A DNA stretch of 64,000 bases from a virus (lineage: Duplodnaviria; Heunggongvirae; Uroviricota; Caudoviricetes): IMG/VR virus record IMGVR_UViG_3300045049_000270; one strand, 5' to 3'. This document shows positions 39,454 through 48,868 of this stretch, one piece after another. The translations under genes and the position numbers were made by a program. The notes beneath the pieces were generated by a model that did no database searches, was not told the origin of the DNA, and saw only the letters and a program-made list of their open reading frames with translations. How positions within the stretch are numbered: the first letter of the stretch is position 1; every line of letters begins with the position of its first letter.

Positions 39454-41907
39454 ATGCAACAAAAGGTTCTAAAACGAAATGGTGAATATGAAGAAGTAAA
39501 ACTTGAAAAGATCGTTAACTCGATTCAACGAGTTTGTACAGGTCTTGGAGAGTTAGACTTTCTTAAAATCGCTATTAAAACTGTTGGAGGCCTGTATGAT
39601 GGCGTACCAACACGAGAATTGGATCTGCTCAGTATCCAAACTGCATTGGGTTTCATGGTTGAAGAACCAGCATACGGGAAGGTTGCTTCTCGTTTGATGG
39701 CAAACTTCATTGACAAAGAAGTTACTGGCCAGGAAATCCACAGCTTCAGCCAGAGTATTCAAATTGGCTATGATAACGGACTGATCGGCGAAGCTACTTA
39801 CAAGCTTGTTATGGATAACAAGCGTAAGTTGAATGCGGCAGTAAAAGCCGAACGTGATGGGGCTTTCGAATATTTCGGTATCAAGACTGTTTATGATCGT
39901 TATTTGCTGAAGCACCCAACGTCACGTCTGGTAACAGAAACTCCTCAATATTTTTTCATGCGTGTGGCTTGTGGTTTGTCAAATACAGCAGCTGAAGCAA
40001 TTGAATTCTACAATTTGCTGTCATCGCATGATTACATGACATCAACACCAACGTTGTTCAATTCAGGAACACGTCACAGCCAGATGTCGTCATGCTATTT
40101 GCTAGATTCACCAATAGATGATCTAGGTGATATCTACAAGCGTTACGGAGATGTAGCAAAACTATCAAAGTTTGCTGGTGGTGTTGGTCAATCATATTCA
40201 CGTGTCCGTTCAAGCGGTTCCTTGATTAAAGGTACTAACGGAAAGTCAAATGGTATCGTACCTTGGCTTCATACGTTGAGTGGTTCTGTTGGTGCAGTTA
40301 ATCAAGGTGGTAAGCGTAAAGGTGCTCTTGCTGCGTATTTGGATGCTCATCACCCAGACCTCATGGAATTCCTTGAATTGCGTGACAATGCTGGTGAAAA
40401 AGAAAAGCGCGCCTACAACCTTAATTTGGCTAACTGGATCCCAGACATTTTCATGCGTCGTGTTAAGGCAGATGAAATATGGTCGATGTTTGATCCAGCA
40501 ATCGCCCCAGAACTGAATGATATGTTCGGTGATGAGTACGAAGCGCGTTATCTGGAGCTTGAAGCAGCAGGTAAGGCAACGTTGCAATTGCCGGCTCGTA
40601 AGATCTTTGCACGTATGATGAAGACTCTGGCTGAAACTGGTAATGGTTGGATGAACTTCCGTGACGCAGCAAACCGTAAATGTAATACTGCGGTGAATGG
40701 GTATGTTGTTCACTTGTCAAACTTGTGTACAGAAATTCTTGAGCCAACCAGTGCAGGTAAGGAAGTCATTATCAAGCGTGAAGACTTTGTGAATATGTCA
40801 GCATATGACCTTATCGAAAAGAACATTAACGTCATTGGGTCCGATGAGAATGGCGACCTGAAAGCAATTCAAGGTTCTGAGGTTGCTGTATGTAATTTGG
40901 GTTCAATCAACGCTGGCAATCACGTTAAGAATGGTAAGCTTGACACCGCTAAATTGCATAAGAACGTTGACATCGCAGTACGCTTCTTGGACCGAGTTAT
41001 TGATCGTAATTTCTATCCAATTCATGAAGCTAAAGCATCAAACAATCACTGGCGTCCAGTTGGATTAGGTTTGATGGGTTTACAAGATCTGTTTTACAAA
41101 TTGCGTCTACCGTTCGAAAGTGATGAAGCAGTAGCATTGTCAGCTCAGATCCAAGAAGAGATTTATTATCAAGCATTGAAGACAAGTTGTGAGCTGGCAA
41201 AACAATTTGGTCCACATCGTGATTTCCACTTAACTCATGCGGCACAAGGCCGACTGCAATTTGATCTATGGGGTATTACACCAAAGGATCTTGCTCGTTG
41301 GGACGCATTGAAAGAAGAAATCAAGAAACATGGTCTACGTAATAGTTTGTTGATTGCTATTGCTCCTACAGCCACAATTGCTTCAATTACTGGCGCACAA
41401 GAATGCATCGAACCAACGAAAGAAAATCTATTCAAGCGTGAAACACTCAGTGGTGAATTCGTTGATGTTAATCGTTATATGGTTGAAGATCTCAAGAAAT
41501 TGGGTCGTTGGAATTCCGAAACTATCAATCTTTTGAAGACTAGCCAAGGTTCGTTGTCTGCTGTTCCTGGTTTACCAGTTGAATTGTATGCTTTGTATAA
41601 GACAGTATGGGAAATCAAGCAGAAGAAGCTTATTGAACATGCTGCCGCTCGTGGGCCTTGGATTGATCAAAGCCAGTCATTGAACTTGTTCTTGGATTTG
41701 AACAAGATTCCAGAAGACAAGCGTATTGCTACGTTGTCAGCAATGTATATGATGATTTGGGAATCTGGTCTGAAGACTAGCTATTATCTTCGCGGTAAGC
41801 CAGCCACAAAGATTGCCAAGACAACTGTTACACAAACAGTGGTTGAGCAAGATAAGGGTGGTGATGCTAATCCCCCAGAGCCAGAGGTGTGTGAGTCGTG
41901 TCAGTGA
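39454..41907 (+). CDS. nrdA: Ribonucleoside-diphosphate reductase class Ia, alpha subunit
   Basis: ATP cone VLKRNG, TPTLFN, SSCYL, SNLCTEI, VCNLGS, APTAT, KTSYYLR, C-terminal CESC. Confidence 0.96.
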   Translation: MQQKVLKRNGEYEEVKLEKIVNSIQRVCTGLGELDFLKIAIKTVGGLYDGVPTRELDLLSIQTALGFMVEEPAYGKVASRLMANFIDKEVTGQEIHSFSQSIQIGYDNGLIGEATYKLVMDNKRKLNAAVKAERDGAFEYFGIKTVYDRYLLKHPTSRLVTETPQYFFMRVACGLSNTAAEAIEFYNLLSSHDYMTSTPTLFNSGTRHSQMSSCYLLDSPIDDLGDIYKRYGDVAKLSKFAGGVGQSYSRVRSSGSLIKGTNGKSNGIVPWLHTLSGSVGAVNQGGKRKGALAAYLDAHHPDLMEFLELRDNAGEKEKRAYNLNLANWIPDIFMRRVKADEIWSMFDPAIAPELNDMFGDEYEARYLELEAAGKATLQLPARKIFARMMKTLAETGNGWMNFRDAANRKCNTAVNGYVVHLSNLCTEILEPTSAGKEVIIKREDFVNMSAYDLIEKNINVIGSDENGDLKAIQGSEVAVCNLGSINAGNHVKNGKLDTAKLHKNVDIAVRFLDRVIDRNFYPIHEAKASNNHWRPVGLGLMGLQDLFYKLRLPFESDEAVALSAQIQEEIYYQALKTSCELAKQFGPHRDFHLTHAAQGRLQFDLWGITPKDLARWDALKEEIKKHGLRNSLLIAIAPTATIASITGAQECIEPTKENLFKRETLSGEFVDVNRYMVEDLKKLGRWNSETINLLKTSQGSLSAVPGLPVELYALYKTVWEIKQKKLIEHAAARGPWIDQSQSLNLFLDLNKIPEDKRIATLSAMYMMIWESGLKTSYYLRGKPATKIAKTTVTQTVVEQDKGGDANPPEPEVCESCQ

Positions 41908-41985
41908 CCACTGTCAATAATATTTTGACGCCATAAATAATAAGCCCAACAATAGATGTTGGGCTTATTCATAAGGAAGAAGAAA

Positions 41986-42261
41986 ATGGACACAATTTTA
42001 TCATTCTTTAGTGGTGATCTATTGTCAATGAAGACACTAGTCATTATGTTGGTTGGTATGTTTATTGGTTGGAACATTCCACAACCTGCATGGGCGAAGG
42101 CTTTGTGGGTAAAAATCACAAAGAAAGCGCCAGCTGTGCAAGTTGCTGCTGATGCTGCGGTTTCAGCAGAGCAAACAGTTGCTGAGACAGTTAGTTCAGT
42201 CGTTGATGCAGCCACAACCACCACACCTGCTGCTCCAGCCGCACCTGCTCAAGGTCAGTAA
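41986..42261 (+). CDS. Small membrane protein
   Basis: One hydrophobic helix (LVIMLVGMFIGWNIPQP) and an Ala-rich tail; late motif upstream. Confidence 0.6.
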   Translation: MDTILSFFSGDLLSMKTLVIMLVGMFIGWNIPQPAWAKALWVKITKKAPAVQVAADAAVSAEQTVAETVSSVVDAATTTTPAAPAAPAQGQ

Positions 42262-42761
42262 TGGCTGATGTCACTGATCAAACGGTGACTGCCGGGAGCA
42301 TTGCTCCCGGCATTTATGTCGCTGTAAAATTCAAGAAAGAAACTCTCGATAAAATCGATGAGTATCAACGACGTAATAATATTCCAAACCCCGTTCCGAA
42401 AGAAGATTTACATTCAACGATTGTTTATTCTAGAGCCAATATTGATTGGATTCCGGAAGAACGCATAAACTTAAAGGTAAATACAGACACTTCGGTGCTC
42501 GAAACGTGGGATACTCGAGGTGGTAGTCGTTGTTTAGTGTGGCATTACTATAGTTCTTTCCAACATAAACGCTTTGATGAGGCGATGGCAAAGGGCGCTA
42601 CGTATGACTTCCCAGAATACAAATGCCATATCACATTGAGCTATGATGTTGGTGACTTTAATAGTGACGACTTGCATAAGCCAGACTTTCCTATTTTACT
42701 CGACTACGAAATCGTCGAAGAGTTGGATGACCCGGATGCGGATTCGAGTGGTCCAGCATAA
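42261..42761 (+). CDS. 2H phosphoesterase, Acb1/T4 57B-like (candidate anti-CBASS nuclease)
   Basis: Two HxT motifs: LHSTIVYSR and YDFPEYKCHITLSY. Confidence 0.75.
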   Translation: MADVTDQTVTAGSIAPGIYVAVKFKKETLDKIDEYQRRNNIPNPVPKEDLHSTIVYSRANIDWIPEERINLKVNTDTSVLETWDTRGGSRCLVWHYYSSFQHKRFDEAMAKGATYDFPEYKCHITLSYDVGDFNSDDLHKPDFPILLDYEIVEELDDPDADSSGPA

Positions 42762-42815
42762 GAATAAATTAGCCCACTAAGTGGGCTTTCATAATTAGAA
42801 ATATTTGAGGTAATA

Positions 42816-43823
42816 ATGCCAATTCTCGATCCGGGGTTCAACCACACCCTGCGTCCAATGCGTTATCCAAGTTTGTACAATCACTTTGTTGATGCACAAA
42901 AGAATAACTGGACAGTACAAGAAATTTCTTTCTCAACTGACAAAGAACATTTGCGCGATAAGCTCACCGTAGCTGAGAAGCAAGTAGTTCAATACATTGT
43001 TGCATTCTTCGCTACTGGCGATAGTATCGTTGGCGAAAATGCAGTATTGAATTTGTATAAGCATGTCAACTCTCCTGAAGCTCGATTGTATTACTCACGT
43101 CAAATCTTCGAAGAAGCATTGCATGTTCAATTCTACTTAACCTTGTTGGATGAATATCTGCCAGATCCTGAAGATCGTGCAAAAGCTTTTGCCGCATTGG
43201 AAGAAATCCCAAGCATCAAACGAAAAGGTGACTTCTGCTTCAAGTATCTCGATCAATCAGCAAAGATTGATCGTTTGGAGACCGAAGATGATCGTCGAAC
43301 ATTCTTGTTGAATTTGATTACCTTCGCCGCAGCTATTGAAGGATTGTTCTTTTTTGGTGCCTTCTCATACGTTTATTATCTGCGTAGCAAGGGTTACCTA
43401 CACGGGCTTGGTAGTGGTACAAATTGGGTATTCCGTGACGAATCAATGCATATGAAGGTCGCATTTGAATTGGTTGATCTCATCCGTTCAGAATATCCAG
43501 AGCTTTGGACTGCTGATTTCGAAACAACAGTTAGCGAAATGATCGATGAAGCAATCGCTTGTGAATATCAATTTGCTGAAGAGGCATTGGCATTGGGTGT
43601 TGCTGGTATGACAAAGGAACAAATGCTTGAATATCTCCAATATATTGGCGATGCTCGTCGCATCCGTTTGGGTATGGCACCAAAATACAATAAGAAGAAT
43701 CCGTTCCCTTTCATGGAACTTCAAGATTTGAGTAGTCACACAAATTTTTTCGAGAGAACCGTTTCCGATTACGCGGTGGGTATCGGTGGCGACGTCACAT
43801 TTGACGATGAACTAGATTTCTAA
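42816..43823 (+). CDS. nrdB: Ribonucleoside-diphosphate reductase class I, beta subunit
   Basis: FFATGD, EEALH..FY, EGLFF, RDESMH, NFFERTVSDY. Confidence 0.95.
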   Translation: MPILDPGFNHTLRPMRYPSLYNHFVDAQKNNWTVQEISFSTDKEHLRDKLTVAEKQVVQYIVAFFATGDSIVGENAVLNLYKHVNSPEARLYYSRQIFEEALHVQFYLTLLDEYLPDPEDRAKAFAALEEIPSIKRKGDFCFKYLDQSAKIDRLETEDDRRTFLLNLITFAAAIEGLFFFGAFSYVYYLRSKGYLHGLGSGTNWVFRDESMHMKVAFELVDLIRSEYPELWTADFETTVSEMIDEAIACEYQFAEEALALGVAGMTKEQMLEYLQYIGDARRIRLGMAPKYNKKNPFPFMELQDLSSHTNFFERTVSDYAVGIGGDVTFDDELDF

Positions 43824-43841
43824 TTTGAAATTTCATCAATA

Positions 43842-43878
43842 ATGGCTAGGTATTTTGTGTACCTAGCCATCTTCTTTT
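43842..43878 (+). terminator. Intrinsic terminator
   Basis: ATGGCTAGGTA...TACCTAGCCAT followed by CTTCTTTT. Confidence 0.7.
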
Positions 43879-43912
43879 ATAATCATATCATAACTATTAA
43901 AGGAAGCAATAA

Positions 43913-44245
43913 ATGCTCGTAAATAATTCACAACCTTTCCAAGCACGCGAAGTGATCGTTTTGAAGTTCATGAACGGCGAAGAGATCCTGGCAACATTCA
44001 AAAGTTTCTCTGATGGGAAATACACTGTGACTAAGCCAGTTATCATGCAATTGGTTCCAGTAGGTAATGGACAAGGTGCTGTGCAGTTTGCTCCATTTAT
44101 GCTTGGGCGTGACGATGATGCTGATTATGTCATTCACGAAAACCGCCTGATGGTTGAGCCGGCAGAAGCTCGATCTGATGCTGCTTCTCAATATCGTAAG
44201 GCAACTTCAAGCATTGAACTTGTTGATTCAAATATCAAGCTGTAA
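43913..44245 (+). CDS. Small Sm-like-fold hypothetical protein
   Basis: VLKFMNGEEILA...KP..FAPF...Y...TS.I pattern. Confidence 0.6.
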   Translation: MLVNNSQPFQAREVIVLKFMNGEEILATFKSFSDGKYTVTKPVIMQLVPVGNGQGAVQFAPFMLGRDDDADYVIHENRLMVEPAEARSDAASQYRKATSSIELVDSNIKL

Positions 44246-44502
44246 TGGGCGGCGTAGCTAGATTGGGAGATCAGATATCCCACGGTGGTAACATTACCTC
44301 CGCTAGTTCTGATGTAACAATTGATGGTATTGGTGTGGCTAGGATTGGTGATTCGGCTACATGTAATATTCATGGAAATGTCACGATTACAGGGGGTTCA
44401 TCCACTGTCGAAACGGATGGTATGGGAACTGCTAGAATAGGTGACCAATTAAGCTGCGGTGCCATAATTACTGGCGGCTCTCCAGATGTTGATTGCGGTT
44501 AG
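44245..44502 (+). CDS. PAAR-repeat spike tip protein
   Basis: Three ARxGD repeats with His/Cys metal ligands. Confidence 0.92.
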   Translation: MGGVARLGDQISHGGNITSASSDVTIDGIGVARIGDSATCNIHGNVTITGGSSTVETDGMGTARIGDQLSCGAIITGGSPDVDCG

Positions 44503-44510
44503 GAAATAAT

Positions 44511-45902
44511 ATGATTGATAGTAGTTTATTGGGCAATGTTCTTCAGATTCCAACAAATGGATTAATTAGCAATCCATTTAGTGGAAGTGCATTTGGAAGC
44601 ATCAATAGTGCAATTGGTGGTCTGCCATCTATGGCAGATTTTACCACTGCGATGCAAACATCAGCCTCATCAATTGGTACAACTGTAACTCAAACTGATA
44701 TAGATAATCTGAGTGCCAGCCTTTCTAGTTTGAATGGCTTGGCTTCTTCTGGTAATTTGTCATCTATGGATCAAATCACAGCTCAGATGACTAGTCATAT
44801 CATTCCTGGTGCTGGTGGATTATCATCAATTCCTAATTCTTTGTTCAGCTATGGTACAGTGACCTCGTCATTGACAACACAAATGGGCGTTCCTAATGCA
44901 TTATCTATGCTGTCATCAGCGCAGAATGCCACTAAGGTTGCTAACCAATTGCAAGGTGGAGTTCAAGGTACCAATCACTGGACTTGTAATATCGCTGCTG
45001 ATATCACTGGGGCGGTACATCAAGTACAATCTGGTATCTCTAGTTTGTATAATGAAGTCAGCTCTGGCATTAATTCACTAGAATCTTCTATTAATGCTTC
45101 AGTAACCAAGTTTGCAAATGCTGTAAAAGCAGCATTACCATCTGTTGGGCCCATCGATCCAATTACTGGTTTACCATCATCAATACCAGGTGTACCGATT
45201 GCGTCGAGTTTATTGAAAGAGATTCATGATGAGATTACATCAGCTGAATCATCAGTTACAAGTGCAATTAAATCAGTAGTCAATACGATTGATGCGGCCG
45301 CCGTATCGATTGAAAATCAAATGAAAGTTGGTATTGCGAATGCATTACATGGTTTGAAGAGTGATCCTTGTTTTGGTAACATTGCTACAACGATGATGAG
45401 TCCGGCATTGACTGCGGTTGCAACCGCAAATACCAGTATGTCAAATGCCAGTGCTAATGTTGCACTGTTGTCAAACGACGTACCGCCAGCAACAACTTCG
45501 CAACTTGCTGAAATTGCAAAAGAATATGGTGATGTATCTTTCGATACTGTTGCTATTACGAACGCGCAGCAACCATATATTGCAAGCCTTTCTGCTTGGC
45601 AAGATTCAGTTAATTATCAGCAAGTAAAACAAGCACAAACACAAAGCCCAGAAGCATTGACCGCATATCAAGCGCTTAGGGCGCAAGCGAACGCACGTTC
45701 AGATACACAAAACCTACAAGCATTAAAAGCACTATCAGATTCAAATCATGCTGCAAAAAACCAATTAAAAGCCCTTTGGGATTACATGAAGAATACTGGT
45801 GTTATTGCGTCAAACCCAAATGGTCCTTGGTCATCCGTGGAGCAAGTAACAATTGATGGTAAATTGTACAACAAATATTCAGTCAATACGAAGCTTCCCT
45901 GA
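44511..45902 (+). CDS. Putative tail/baseplate-associated S/A/T-rich protein
   Basis: Directly after PAAR; low-complexity helical composition. Confidence 0.5.
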   Translation: MIDSSLLGNVLQIPTNGLISNPFSGSAFGSINSAIGGLPSMADFTTAMQTSASSIGTTVTQTDIDNLSASLSSLNGLASSGNLSSMDQITAQMTSHIIPGAGGLSSIPNSLFSYGTVTSSLTTQMGVPNALSMLSSAQNATKVANQLQGGVQGTNHWTCNIAADITGAVHQVQSGISSLYNEVSSGINSLESSINASVTKFANAVKAALPSVGPIDPITGLPSSIPGVPIASSLLKEIHDEITSAESSVTSAIKSVVNTIDAAAVSIENQMKVGIANALHGLKSDPCFGNIATTMMSPALTAVATANTSMSNASANVALLSNDVPPATTSQLAEIAKEYGDVSFDTVAITNAQQPYIASLSAWQDSVNYQQVKQAQTQSPEALTAYQALRAQANARSDTQNLQALKALSDSNHAAKNQLKALWDYMKNTGVIASNPNGPWSSVEQVTIDGKLYNKYSVNTKLP

Positions 45903-45911
45903 TTGATTCGG

Positions 45912-45947
45912 TTGACGAGTTGCCAATTGTCTAGTACAATTGGCAAC
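45912..45947 (+). promoter_or_regulatory. Sigma70-type promoter overlapped by a 13-bp inverted repeat
   Basis: TTGACG-N17-TACAAT; AGTTGCCAATTGT/ACAATTGGCAACT. Confidence 0.75.
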
Positions 45948-45967
45948 TATTCATTTAGGAGCAATAC

Positions 45968-46225
45968 ATGACGGACATCGCAGATCTTCGACGAGTAGTT
46001 GATAGTATCAATTCAGTTGTTCAAAAGTATGAAGCTAGCCAGATGACCAGAGAGGAAGCAGCCAAATGGCTTACGGCTTTTGAAAAAGAATTCAAAGCCC
46101 TACCAGGTAACACAATTCCTCTGCAGAACATTGAACAAATGCTTGATATGGCCGATCGCCGTCGCAAGCATAATAGTCAAGCATCTTATGATACGGAATC
46201 AGACGATTCGTCATCTGAATGGTGA
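45968..46225 (+). CDS. Hypothetical protein
   Basis: AGGAG SD, directly after the promoter. Confidence 0.7.
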   Translation: MTDIADLRRVVDSINSVVQKYEASQMTREEAAKWLTAFEKEFKALPGNTIPLQNIEQMLDMADRRRKHNSQASYDTESDDSSSEW

Positions 46226-46228
46226 TAT

Positions 46229-47149
46229 ATGATTGTTATTGGTTCGCAAGCAATGATGTATTGGGACATACGCGCTGGTCGCGGAATAGCACGCCAACCC
46301 AAAGATCTAGACCTCATTGGCCCATTGATTGCGATTCATCAATGGGCCACAGCTAATAGCGAGCATATCGATTTCATGATTCCGACTTCACCTTGGAAAT
46401 TCAAGTGTAAATTGAAGTCTGGTTTTCAAATTGAATTTGAAGTTTCTGATGTGAATGCAAGTTCAAAGATGCTTTGTGCTAATGAGAAATCTTTTGACGT
46501 CATGATGACGAAGGTACCAATCAAAGGTGGTAGTTTAAGAATTGCTGCTCATGTACCAAGCATTGAATATTTGTATCTGATTAAGCGTAGTCATATCTAC
46601 TGGCCTGTGCATTGGTTGAAGACGATGACTGATATGTCTCGAATGAAGAAATACGTTCGAACCATAACTGATGATCATAAACGTTTCTACGAGGCAAGGT
46701 TAACTGAAAACGAAGCTAAATTTGGGAAACGATTTCAAGCGAATCTCAATCAAGAAAACGAAAAGTTCTTCGCCAAATCGGAACGATCATTGAATCGTAT
46801 TTACGAACACGATGATTTACATGAACTTGTAAAGTATTACGAACGACCCATCTATGCAATGCTAAAGGAAGATCAATCTAAAGCATTGATGAGCAAAAAA
46901 TTGTTTGATGCGGCTACTTTAGAAATGAAGCTGAACGCAATTCGTGAAGAAGCGATGGTAATTGCGCTCGAACGGCTAATTATACCAGGCAAAGAAACAG
47001 ATGGTGTGAAAGCATACCAGTATGGTTTGCAACGTATCTGTACAAATCTAACATCTGGTTGGTTTCGAGAATTCGCCATTGACAATTGGGATAGAGTAGC
47101 CACGCCAGATGTAGATTATGTGAAGAAATTCAATGATGGAATCAATTAA
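46229..47149 (+). CDS. Phage nucleotidyltransferase-like protein
   Basis: N-terminal VIGSQA...PKDLDLI (GS + DxD), HDDLH, EEAMVIALER, SGWFREF. Confidence 0.6.
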   Translation: MIVIGSQAMMYWDIRAGRGIARQPKDLDLIGPLIAIHQWATANSEHIDFMIPTSPWKFKCKLKSGFQIEFEVSDVNASSKMLCANEKSFDVMMTKVPIKGGSLRIAAHVPSIEYLYLIKRSHIYWPVHWLKTMTDMSRMKKYVRTITDDHKRFYEARLTENEAKFGKRFQANLNQENEKFFAKSERSLNRIYEHDDLHELVKYYERPIYAMLKEDQSKALMSKKLFDAATLEMKLNAIREEAMVIALERLIIPGKETDGVKAYQYGLQRICTNLTSGWFREFAIDNWDRVATPDVDYVKKFNDGIN

Positions 47150-47414
47150 GGTTTATCACTGGCAATTCCACGATGGTTACCATACCATGTATGGTAGAGA
47201 TGGTGAAAAAAAGACATATGATGCGGATATGGTTGGATGGCACTGCTGGGTATATGGTAATATCGAAGATCGTTGTGATTTCATCGAATGGATGAATGAA
47301 ACAATGAATGGTGATTTTAGAGCGTCACACAAATTCAACGGTGGTAATCCTATTGTACTAGTTCACATTAAGGATGAATCTGATGCCGCCGTGTTTAAAT
47401 TAAGATGGTTATAA
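47133..47414 (+). CDS. Hypothetical protein, FKLxW family
   Basis: EWM...IKDESDAAVFKLRWL. Confidence 0.7.
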   Translation: MMESIKVYHWQFHDGYHTMYGRDGEKKTYDADMVGWHCWVYGNIEDRCDFIEWMNETMNGDFRASHKFNGGNPIVLVHIKDESDAAVFKLRWL

Positions 47415-47423
47415 GGAGAAAAT

Positions 47424-47786
47424 ATGTGGGAAGGTTTTGAAAAGCAACATTTCGATTGCGATTGTGGTAGCGACGAGCATACCTTCAATTTTGTATTCGA
47501 CAAAGAAGAAGGCGAATTGTATCTTAATGTCTACTTGAATCAGTATCACAATGTATTCAAACGCATCTGGGTGGCAATCAAGTATGTGTTTGGTTATACA
47601 TCGAAGTGGGGTCACTGGGATACAACGATTCTCGATCGTGCTTCTACTGAACGGCTTCGTGATCTTTGCCAGAACTCACTTGCTGTTCGTGCTGCATATG
47701 TTGCAAAAGGTGGTTTGACAGATGAACAAGAACGTGATATTGCTAAGGAACTTGATTTTCCTCAGAACGGTTCAGATTTCGTTTAA
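47424..47786 (+). CDS. Hypothetical protein (CxC...H)
   Basis: AAGGAG SD; CDCGSDEH...FKRIWVAIKYVFG. Confidence 0.75.
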   Translation: MWEGFEKQHFDCDCGSDEHTFNFVFDKEEGELYLNVYLNQYHNVFKRIWVAIKYVFGYTSKWGHWDTTILDRASTERLRDLCQNSLAVRAAYVAKGGLTDEQERDIAKELDFPQNGSDFV

Positions 47787-47851
47787 TTCCTTTGCCGTCT
47801 TGCTAGTTGCCAATTCTATGCTATAATGTGGTATGGCAACTAGGAGATATC

Positions 47852-48091
47852 ATGCACGATGAGAAAGATTTCCTTGCAGCTCATGGCTGCAAAACCACCG
47901 AAGAATACGATCGCAAGCAATTCTTCGAATGGGTCGACGCTATGGAAGACCATTATGCACGCACCGACTCCTTGGTTATCCCAAAAGTCTCTGAAGGGGT
48001 GGTGTTCAAATCAGAGACACCTCTCAAGCCTCTTTCGAAACAATCCCTAATCAAATACAAGCAACCGACAGATGGCAACCAAGCACTTTAA
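47852..48091 (+). CDS. Hypothetical protein
   Basis: AGGAG SD after TG-n-TATAAT. Confidence 0.6.
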   Translation: MHDEKDFLAAHGCKTTEEYDRKQFFEWVDAMEDHYARTDSLVIPKVSEGVVFKSETPLKPLSKQSLIKYKQPTDGNQAL

Positions 48092-48284
48092 AACTGTCGG
48101 TGGAGCAGTTCACGCTTTCATTCTTATTATGTTTATGGCACTTTGCATGGCTTGCGTCAGTTATGCTGTTATGTTCATGGTCAAGAAGAGTGTACTGTTG
48201 GCAATTGTTCCGTTCGTTCTGGATTTGTGGATGATTACTCGTCTACCGTACTTGAACAAAACACTTGACAGGTATTGTCATTAG
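48072..48284 (+). CDS. Small two-helix membrane protein
   Basis: Two hydrophobic segments. Confidence 0.55.
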   Translation: MATKHFKTVGGAVHAFILIMFMALCMACVSYAVMFMVKKSVLLAIVPFVLDLWMITRLPYLNKTLDRYCH

Positions 48285-48293
48285 TCGTATCAT
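48265..48293 (+). promoter_or_regulatory. Sigma70 promoter of the tmRNA gene
   Basis: TTGACA-N17-TATCAT. Confidence 0.85.
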
Positions 48294-48299
48294 ATGTTT

Positions 48300-48745
48300 T
48301 GATGCTGATGACATCTAACAGAATAGACTGACTGGACGGGAGTTCGATTCTCCCCCGGTCCACCAAAACAGTCTTTGAAGTTTGAAGGTGACCTGATTCG
48401 CGGTAGGATCACTTGATGACAGGGATTTAGTAGAGCGCCTGCTATCTAAGCAGGCGGTAGCTCTCACAAGTGTCGTGCCCTTGTAAAAGGCCGCGAGTAA
48501 TTGGATTATGCGACGCACTGATAAGGCGTAAGGCGCTGATCCCGTTGGTTTCCTAAAGGACTGTTTTGATGGGCCGGACCTGGTTTCGACATTCGGTAAT
48601 AAAAGTTAGACGAGGCTCCGTTGAGGTGACGCTCGTAAAGCGCACATAAGAAGTAACTGCAAACGACAACGTTTACAGCATGGCAGCCTAATCCTTCGGG
48701 ATTAGGTAATGTCGGGGCAGGAAATGCCTAGCAACAGAAACCACC
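48300..48745 (+). ncRNA. ssrA: Circularly permuted two-piece tmRNA (acceptor piece ~48300-48365, intervening segment 48366-48570, coding piece 48571-~48745)
   Basis: T-arm GGGAG-TTCGATT-CTCCC + CCGGTCC-A-CCA lies upstream of the 5' strand GGGCCGG-ACC-TGGTTTCGAC. The two strands pair with G3.U70. Tag frame 48659-48691 encodes ANDNVYSMAA*. Confidence 0.92.
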
Positions 48746-48746
48746 T

Positions 48747-48772
48747 AAAAGGGCCACATATGTGGCCCTTTT
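48747..48772 (+). terminator. Intrinsic terminator after tmRNA
   Basis: AAAAGGGCCACATATGTGGCCCTTTT. Confidence 0.8.
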
Positions 48773-48868
48773 GTTTTAAGAACGTAAAGTATGTAACCAA
48801 GAGTTGCAGCTTCGCTCAAGCTAAGTACAATAAAAGTTCCCGATAAGGGAATTACTTGGAGAACGTTC

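Noticed and set aside
40740-40890. Intein in nrdA
   Set aside because: It is too short and lacks the N-terminal C/S block and C-terminal HN.
48425-48470. tRNA-Arg(UCU) gene or hammerhead ribozyme inside the tmRNA intervening segment
   Set aside because: Only an anticodon-arm-like hairpin is present, with no T-arm or acceptor stem. There is no complete CUGANGA/GAAA hammerhead core.
48315-48518. Minus-strand 67-aa ORF, and the many other short antisense or alternate-frame ORFs in the track
   Set aside because: These are shadows of the tmRNA or of well-supported + strand genes, with no SD or recognisable motifs.
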